From a bacterium (lineage in GTDB: Bacteria; Sysuimicrobiota; Sysuimicrobiia; Sysuimicrobiales; Humicultoraceae): a DNA stretch of 23,192 nt. Both the position numbers and the translations under genes were made by a program. This document shows positions 17,130 through 23,192 of this stretch, piece after piece. Position 1 is the first letter of the stretch. Every line of letters starts with the position of its first letter. The notes under the pieces were generated by a model, which was given only the letters and a program-made list of their open reading frames with translations, was not told the DNA's origin and searched no databases. The stretch covers positions 1 through 23,192 of the forward strand of contig JBGQGY010000048.1 in the NCBI GenBank assembly GCA_041497675.1, given 5' to 3'.

Positions 17130-18345
17130 GGGTGAGCGTCAACGTGAGGAGGCTTCCCGGCACCGGCAGCAGGCTCACCACCGTCAAGACCGGGATAATC
17201 CCAAAAATCTGGGCCAGCGCGCCCACCGTCCCGACCAGCAGACCACCCATGCCCATCCCCAGGCCCATCATCAGCCCCGCGGCCGTGCTCGCGTGGGTCG
17301 GAAGCAGGCTTTGTGCCTCCACGGTGACAAGCGAGGACGAACCGAACAGGGCGCCGCCCCCCAGCGCCAGCAGGACGATCGACGCCGGCCCGGTGCCGAG
17401 AATCCCTCCTAGGAAGAACGGCGTGGCGAGGAGGAACGAGACGAACAACACCCGCCGCCGGCCATAGCGATCAGACAGATACCCCGCCGCCATGCCGCCC
17501 AGGGCCCCGGCAAAGACCATCGCCGTGATCGCCGCCGCGCCCGTGGTCGCAGGTGCGCCGCGTGCCCGATACAGGAACGGCAGCAGCGCCAGCATGCACT
17601 GGACAACCAGCGAACGCGACAAGACGAGACCCATCAGCCGGATCAACCCGCGGCGGTTCTGACGCAGGGCCGACCGCAGGCTCTCCGGGCTTCCCGAGGC
17701 GCCCGCTCGCTGCGGCGTGCGCAGGTGCCAGGGGACGGCCCGCAGCAGGACGAGGGCCATGATCAACCCGGGGATCGCGGTCACGGCTACCCACGGCAGC
17801 CCGGCGCGCACTGCGATGTACGCGGCGATGAGCGGGCTCAGGGCCTGTCCGGTCTGGCCCGCCATGATGTACGTCGCAAACCGAGTGCCCTTACGCTCGC
17901 CCGAGAGTTGGTGCACCAGCCCGGCCGACTGTGGATGGAACGCGGCGATGCCGAAACCATAAAGGAGGCTCAGGAACGCGAGCGCCGAGTATGATGGCGC
18001 CACGCCGAGCAGCGAGGAACCCAGCACCGTGCTGGCGAGTCCCACCACGGCGACCGAGCGGAGCCGCGCGCTGTCGGCGAGATACCCGAACACGGGTTGC
18101 AGGATCGATCCGCTGATCGTGGAGATCGACACCAGCAGGCCGGCCTGCGCGAGGCTGAAGTGGTGGGCGTCGGCCAGAAGCGGAAGCAGCGCGTTGAGGA
18201 AGTTGACGTACAGGTCGTTGGCAAAGTGCGCAAACATCAACCAGCCAAGCGCACCCGATGCCGCGATCAGGGGCGCCGCGGATGTCGCGGATCTCTCCAG
18301 GGATGCCGCCCCCGCGGGGTTGGCGCTGTCGGTATCGAATCCCAT
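17101..18345 (-). CDS. MFS transporter, Fsr (fosmidomycin-resistance)-like
   Basis: HFANDLY...LLPLL, LQPVFGYLAD, GIAAFHPQS, GYLSDRYGRR. Confidence 0.9.
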   Translation of the reverse strand: MGFDTDSANPAGAASLERSATSAAPLIAASGALGWLMFAHFANDLYVNFLNALLPLLADAHHFSLAQAGLLVSISTISGSILQPVFGYLADSARLRSVAVVGLASTVLGSSLLGVAPSYSALAFLSLLYGFGIAAFHPQSAGLVHQLSGERKGTRFATYIMAGQTGQALSPLIAAYIAVRAGLPWVAVTAIPGLIMALVLLRAVPWHLRTPQRAGASGSPESLRSALRQNRRGLIRLMGLVLSRSLVVQCMLALLPFLYRARGAPATTGAAAITAMVFAGALGGMAAGYLSDRYGRRRVLFVSFLLATPFFLGGILGTGPASIVLLALGGGALFGSSSLVTVEAQSLLPTHASTAAGLMMGLGMGMGGLLVGTVGALAQIFGIIPVLTVVSLLPVPGSLLTLTLTHEGRRRPRS

Positions 18346-18430
18346 AGACGTCTACTCTGATCTCTTCTGCGCGGGGTCACCCTCTCTCCTTGGGGATACT
18401 GTGCGGATCGTCGGGAGGTTGTGTCGTCGC

Positions 18431-19651
18431 ATGATCACCTTCGACCATTTGCTTACGGCGCCGTCGTTCTTTCAGAATCCCTATCCGACGTATGATCTCA
18501 TGCGCGAGCAGGCGCCGGTCGTTCGGAGCGAGGCCTGGGGTGGATGGGTGCTGACGAGGTACGCGGACGTGGTCGCCACCCTGCGCGATCACCGGCGTTT
18601 CTCAAACAAAGGTCGAGTCGACCACATGTTGGCTCACGTGCCTGAACACGCGCGGGCTGAGGCCGGCACCCTCGAGGCGCACTTTGCCGCCAACCTGGCG
18701 CACGCCGACCCACCGGATCACACGCGCATGCGCGCGCTGCTCAATCGCGCGTTTACACCCCGGCAAATGGAGAAGATGGTACCGCGCGTGCAGGCCGTCG
18801 TCGACGCGCTGCTCGATCGTGTGGACGCGCGTGGGGACGGCCGGATGGACGTGATCGCCGACCTGTCCTTCCCGCTGCCGGCCACCATTATCGCTGAGAT
18901 GATCGGCGCGCCGGGCGACGACAGCATGCAGTTCCAGGACTGGGCGAACGGCGTGAACCAGTTATTCAGCAGTGTGGGCCGCGCGACGGCGGGACAGGTC
19001 GCGACGGCCCAGCAGCACGTGGAGGGTATTCGCGCCTACACGCTGCAGCTTGCCCATCGCCGCCGCGACGAACCGCAGGACGACCTGATGACGATGCTGA
19101 TGGAGGCCGTGAATCAGGGGACCCTCAGCCTGGACGAGCTCGTCTCGACCGTTGTCACACTGTTCATCGCCGGGCATGAGACGACGACCTACACGCTGGC
19201 GAACGGCGTCCTGGCCCTGCTGCGTCACCCTACGCAGCTTGACCTGCTGCGCGCGCATCCGGACCTGATGGAATCTGCGGTCGAGGAGATCTGGCGGTAC
19301 GATACGCCGGTCCAGCGCGGTTGGAAACTCGCGACTGAGGATGCCGAGATCGACGGACACGGCATCCGAGCAGGCGAGCTCGTCCTGCCCATGCCGGGCG
19401 CCGCCAATCGCGACCCGGCGCAGTTTCCGGAACCTGCCCGGTTCGACGTGACGCGCAAGGATAACCGCCACGTGGCGTTCGGATATGGCATTCACTTTTG
19501 TATTGGCGCGCCGCTCGCCCGCGTTGAGGTCCCGGTCGCCCTGGCAAGCCTCCTGCGGCGGTACCCCGATCTCCATCTGGCCACGGACGCGCTCGAGTGG
19601 CGACATGATGTCGCTATGAGGGGGCCCGTTCGATTGGAGCTGCGTTACTAG
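18431..19651 (+). CDS. Cytochrome P450 (bacterial, CYP107/BioI-like)
   Basis: [14 protein letters not shown]-helix AGHETT, EEIWR (ExxR), ANRDP, heme motif [16 protein letters not shown] before ATG 18431. The track start at 18029 overlaps the MFS gene and is spurious. Confidence 0.96.
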   Translation: MITFDHLLTAPSFFQNPYPTYDLMREQAPVVRSEAWGGWVLTRYADVVATLRDHRRFSNKGRVDHMLAHVPEHARAEAGTLEAHFAANLAHADPPDHTRMRALLNRAFTPRQMEKMVPRVQAVVDALLDRVDARGDGRMDVIADLSFPLPATIIAEMIGAPGDDSMQFQDWANGVNQLFSSVGRATAGQVATAQQHVEGIRAYTLQLAHRRRDEPQDDLMTMLMEAVNQGTLSLDELVSTVVTLFIAGHETTTYTLANGVLALLRHPTQLDLLRAHPDLMESAVEEIWRYDTPVQRGWKLATEDAEIDGHGIRAGELVLPMPGAANRDPAQFPEPARFDVTRKDNRHVAFGYGIHFCIGAPLARVEVPVALASLLRRYPDLHLATDALEWRHDVAMRGPVRLELRY

Positions 19652-21408
19652 GCGACGGGTGACGGTTTGGACGAGGTGGCGGCGGGTACGATGAGCGCCG
19701 AGTGTGCCGCGGTCCCGGTTTCTTCGAGCAGACTCCCTGCCGATTCGGCATCCTGTGGATATGCGAAGTAGTGACCCTGTCCGTACGTGCAATCCAGCTC
19801 CTGGAGGAGCGCCACCTGGTCCGCCCGTTCGACGCCTTCGGCGACCACGTCCAGCCCGAGGGTGTTGGCCAGGCTGGTGATGGCGCGCAGGACCTGAGAG
19901 CCGTCCGACGACGACGTGTCCAGCTCAGCGACGAAGGCACGATCGATCTTGACCACGTCGATGGGGAACCGCTGGAGCAGACTGAGCGACGAGTAGCCTG
20001 TCCCGAAGTCGTCGATCGCCACCCGAAGCCCCATCGCGCGTAGGGTGGCAAGGGTCCGCGCCGCGTCCTCGGCATCCTCCATGATCGCGCCCTCAGTGAT
20101 TTCGAGCATCAACCGTGACGGCTCCAGCTGCGACTCCTGAAGCAAGCGAGTGACATTCTGGACGAGGTCGGCGTGCGCGAGTTGACGGCGCGAGAGATTG
20201 ACGCTGATCCATAGCGGCGACCGCGTGGGATACGTGGCCCGCCATTGACGCAACTGGCGCCAGGCCTCGCCCAGGACCCACTCGCCGATAGGGATGATCA
20301 GTCCGGTCTCCTCGGCGACCGGGATGAACTCACTGGGCAGAACGGTGTGTCCCTGCGGATAGTTCCAGCGGGCCAGCGCCTCGAAGCCCACCACTCTGCC
20401 GGTCTGGAGGAGCACGATCGGTTGATAGACGAGGCTGAACTCCTTGCGGTCGAAGCTGCGCCGCATGGCGGTTTGCATCTGGAGCGTCTTCAGCACTTCC
20501 TGCCGCATCTCTTCGTCGAACACCTGGTAGGTGCCCCTGCCGGAGTTCTTGGCACGATACATAGCGGTGTCCGCGTTTCGCAGCAGTGTCTCCGGCTCGG
20601 CGTTTTCCTGTGGGGCGACCGCGATCCCCAGGCTCACCGTGATGAACACTTCCTGCCCACGCAGGTGGAAAGGGTGTTCGAGCCGCTGCTTGATGCGTTC
20701 GGCTACGAGGACGGCGTGACGCGCCCCGGGCAGGTCTTCGAGCAGCATGCCGAACTCGTCGCCGCTGAGCCGGGCGATCGTGTCACCCTGACGCACGCAC
20801 GTCGTCAGCCGACGGCCGAGGTCCGCCAGCAGTTGATCTCCGGCGCTGTGGCCAAAGCTGTCGTTGAGGAACTTGAACCGGTCCACGTCCATGAAGACGA
20901 CGGCAAACCCCGACGCATTCTTGCGACCGGCGCGGTCCACGACATGACGGAGCCGGTCCATGAAGAGCGTCCGGTTCGGTAGTCCGGTGAGCGGGTCGTG
21001 GATGGCGCTGGACTGAAGCTTTTCGGTCATCTTCCGCAGGCTGCCGGTCATTTGATTGAAGGACGTCGCCAGGACTTCCAGCTCGTCGTTGGTCCGTATG
21101 GTGATTTGCGTGTCGAGATTCCCGTCCGCCACGGCGCGGGTCCCGGCGATCAGCATGGCGATGGGGCGTGTGATGGTTCGCACGAGCACGTAGGTGAACG
21201 CCGCCGCCCCCAAGAGACCGAATCCGATCCCAAAGGTGAGGCGGTTGTTGGCGGTCATGGTGGTCACGATCGCCCCGAACATGATCAGAAGCCAGCAGAC
21301 GATCAGGAGGATGAACTTCCCGTGCAGACCGATACGAAGGAGAAATCTGCGGTGAATAGGATCCGACGCTCCCGGTGTACCGACCGTGGCCAATCCCCGA
21401 GCCTCCAA
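19648..21408 (-). CDS. Membrane-anchored HAMP-GGDEF-EAL c-di-GMP metabolising protein
   Basis: 2 TM, HAMP (ITRPI...[13 protein letters not shown]), [15 protein letters not shown]-site with [35 protein letters not shown]; exact start uncertain. Confidence 0.95.
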   Translation of the reverse strand: MEARGLATVGTPGASDPIHRRFLLRIGLHGKFILLIVCWLLIMFGAIVTTMTANNRLTFGIGFGLLGAAAFTYVLVRTITRPIAMLIAGTRAVADGNLDTQITIRTNDELEVLATSFNQMTGSLRKMTEKLQSSAIHDPLTGLPNRTLFMDRLRHVVDRAGRKNASGFAVVFMDVDRFKFLNDSFGHSAGDQLLADLGRRLTTCVRQGDTIARLSGDEFGMLLEDLPGARHAVLVAERIKQRLEHPFHLRGQEVFITVSLGIAVAPQENAEPETLLRNADTAMYRAKNSGRGTYQVFDEEMRQEVLKTLQMQTAMRRSFDRKEFSLVYQPIVLLQTGRVVGFEALARWNYPQGHTVLPSEFIPVAEETGLIIPIGEWVLGEAWRQLRQWRATYPTRSPLWISVNLSRRQLAHADLVQNVTRLLQESQLEPSRLMLEITEGAIMEDAEDAARTLATLRAMGLRVAIDDFGTGYSSLSLLQRFPIDVVKIDRAFVAELDTSSSDGSQVLRAITSLANTLGLDVVAEGVERADQVALLQELDCTYGQGHYFAYPQDAESAGSLLEETGTAAHSALIVPAATSSKPSPVA

Positions 21409-21429
21409 CCCTGCTGATCGCGAGAAGTG

Positions 21430-21813
21430 TTAGTCTCGTTCGAGGTTTTGCAGGGATGACCGCAGCTTCTGCCGTGAGCCCATGCCCCAGGCCAATGCAT
21501 CGGCGTTGTACCGGCCGATGTGCAGCAGCGCCTGGCGGACCCGTTCCACGGCCTTGAGCGCTTCAGTGTCATCTGTCTGCTTCGCGGAGGCCTCAATGGC
21601 CTGGAATTCCGTGAACAGGCGGGCGCCTCCGCCAATGAGGATCTCCTCCAGCAGCGCATGGACTTGTGAGGCATCGAGACGGCCGGCCTCGGCGAGGACC
21701 GGCACCACGCTCTCAGGCGTTTGTCGCAGTTCCCACGCAATGAGGACGTCGGCGTACACCTCGATCAGGTCTTCGAGGTGCTGGAGCTGGTCGAACAAGA
21801 GCAGATGAGCCAT
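21430..21813 (-). CDS. Hypothetical alpha-helical cytoplasmic protein (~127 aa)
   Basis: GGGGGAG RBS before ATG 21813 (alternative ATG 21837); protein-like amphipathic sequence filling the gap between two co-oriented genes. Confidence 0.7.
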   Translation of the reverse strand: MAHLLLFDQLQHLEDLIEVYADVLIAWELRQTPESVVPVLAEAGRLDASQVHALLEEILIGGGARLFTEFQAIEASAKQTDDTEALKAVERVRQALLHIGRYNADALAWGMGSRQKLRSSLQNLERD

Positions 21814-21845
21814 CCGGGCTCCCCCGATCTGTTCCATCGTGTTGT

Positions 21846-23189
21846 CTACAGCTTGCTGAGCAGCACCGCGGCCTCGTCGGCCTGCGGCCCCGTCCGCGCC
21901 AGTTCGATCACTTTCTCGAGTATCGGTCGGGCCTCGGCTTGTCGATCCGATCGGATCAGCGCCCGGGCGAGCCACAGATTAGCCTCCGGCGACCGCGGAT
22001 CAAGGCTCACGGCTTCCCGGAACCGTCCCACCGCGGGCCCGAACCACCCTTTGTTGTAGAGTTCGATCCCCTCGCGCATGACGGTGTCGAAGCGCTTATG
22101 TCCACTGGAGCTCGCTTTCGTCGGCTGGGCGCGCGGTGTCTGAGCGATCTTCGGCTGCTGCAGCCTGACCGTCACGGCCTGGTTTCCCTCCGAGCCCACG
22201 GTCAGAACGCCGCGCCAGATCCGGTTGTCCTTCTGCGCCACGATGGTCAGCACGTCACCGGGTTTGCCCTCAAGACTCAACGGTGTCGTGCCGCGCAATT
22301 CCCCGTCGACGGTCACACGAGCGCCGCTGGGCTCTGACTGGAGGAGCACAGTGGTGACGCGGACCGGGTCTTGCGTCCTGACAGGCGCCGGCGCCCCGAT
22401 CGCCACGTTCCCGGGTCGCCCCTTGGCCGCGGGGGTATCGGAGGCTGGTGTGGTCTTCACCCGCAAGACGAGCGAGGCCGCCCCGATCAGCACGACGAAT
22501 CCCGCTGCCGTCAGGGCCGGCAACAGCCGGGCCGCGCGCGTTCCGCGCTTGCCCGCCGGCCCGGTCTGAACAACTTCGGTGGCCGCGATTGGTTCCGGCG
22601 CGTCATCCGGGACGGTCCGGTGGAGGGGTGCGTCAGCCGGATCCACGTTTGACGGCATCGCCGAGGCGGCCGGTATGGAAGGGAGCGCGGTCGCGGCCGG
22701 CGTCTCCGACGCCACACGCACGGTTGGCCGTTCCTGTGGACGCGGCATCTCTGGCTGCGCGACACCTGCCTGAGCGCCACTCTGCCGGATGAACTCCATG
22801 ACCTTCGCGGTCCTCGGGGCATCGGGATCGCGGTCCGTGTGGAGCTGCATCGCCGCTGTGGAGAGCTGGAGGGCGTGCTCGAGGTCGAAGTGCGGTGACG
22901 CTTGGTCGAGGCCGAGCGTCCCCCTGCTCTCGGACCAGCGTTCTCGCACTGCGATCGCCTGATGACGAAGGGCGATGATGATCGCGCGGCGGGTCCGCTC
23001 GAGGAAGGTTGTCTCCCAGTCGGAGAGCCCACCGGCCCCCGCCTCAGCGAGTGAGGCCCGTAAGGCGAGGAACTCCCGATGGAGCGCAAATGCGCGGTCG
23101 ACCTTGGGAGTACGGTCGCCAAGGACAAGCACCCGGGCTTCCCGGTATGCTCGAGCAAGTTGATCGGTGAACAACGCCGACTTTGACAT
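21846..23189 (-). CDS. Single-pass membrane protein with PEGA domain and C-terminal TPR repeats (possibly 5'-truncated by the window edge)
   Basis: Helical N-terminus, Pro/Ala linker, TM (LLPALTAAGFVVLIGAASLVL), PEGA motif SEPSGARVTVDGELRGTTPL, TPR (GIELYNKG...AVSLDPRSPEANLWLARAL). Confidence 0.82.
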   Translation of the reverse strand: MSKSALFTDQLARAYREARVLVLGDRTPKVDRAFALHREFLALRASLAEAGAGGLSDWETTFLERTRRAIIIALRHQAIAVRERWSESRGTLGLDQASPHFDLEHALQLSTAAMQLHTDRDPDAPRTAKVMEFIRQSGAQAGVAQPEMPRPQERPTVRVASETPAATALPSIPAASAMPSNVDPADAPLHRTVPDDAPEPIAATEVVQTGPAGKRGTRAARLLPALTAAGFVVLIGAASLVLRVKTTPASDTPAAKGRPGNVAIGAPAPVRTQDPVRVTTVLLQSEPSGARVTVDGELRGTTPLSLEGKPGDVLTIVAQKDNRIWRGVLTVGSEGNQAVTVRLQQPKIAQTPRAQPTKASSSGHKRFDTVMREGIELYNKGWFGPAVGRFREAVSLDPRSPEANLWLARALIRSDRQAEARPILEKVIELARTGPQADEAAVLLSKL

Positions 23190-23192
23190 ATG

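Noticed and set aside
18029..18430. 134-aa N-terminal extension of the P450
   Set aside because: Overlaps the opposite-strand MFS gene. The RBS and the typical P450 N-terminus point to ATG 18431.
1..23192. Genome-wide UGA reassignment (to Trp or Gly) to explain two in-frame TGAs
   Set aside because: Many genes end properly at TGA (e.g. 956, 1516, 3007, 10228, 12764, 13882, 14534) and Trp is encoded by TGG.
1..23192. CRISPR arrays, tRNA/rRNA genes, IS elements, integrases
   Set aside because: No regularly spaced repeats, cloverleaf or rRNA signatures, transposase motifs or terminal inverted repeats were seen.

Overview
GC-rich bacterial chromosomal window with about 23 coding regions and no rRNA, tRNA, CRISPR or IS element that I can support. 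Left to right: a secreted hypothetical protein, a small membrane protein, a VOC/glyoxalase gene interrupted by an in-frame TGA, a BBE-type FAD oxidoreductase, a secreted tandem PAP2/haloperoxidase-like enzyme divergent from a large AAA-TPR-LuxR regulator, an ArsM-like methyltransferase, a secreted His/Cys protein, a cyclophilin, a class A beta-lactamase-like hydrolase, a vapBC-type toxin-antitoxin pair, a YtpB-like (class IB) terpene synthase divergent from an ABC ATPase/permease/lycopene-cyclase-domain operon, a sorbosone/PQQ-type dehydrogenase, two MFS transporters, a cytochrome P450, and a PEGA-TPR / small helical protein / HAMP-GGDEF-EAL cluster. Two signals stand out. (1) The ORF track truncates the methyltransferase at TGA 7746-7748. 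The frame stays open for 72 more codons, the TGA sits at the conserved ArsM Cys position (YAG-U-LAG) and a SECIS-like hairpin follows, so it is very probably a selenoprotein. Its two other ArsM catalytic Cys sites are replaced (Met, Gly). (2) The terpene synthase, membrane cyclase-like protein and exporter look like an undescribed terpenoid pathway, possibly with the nearby P450. All family calls are from motif recognition by eye; no database searches were run.
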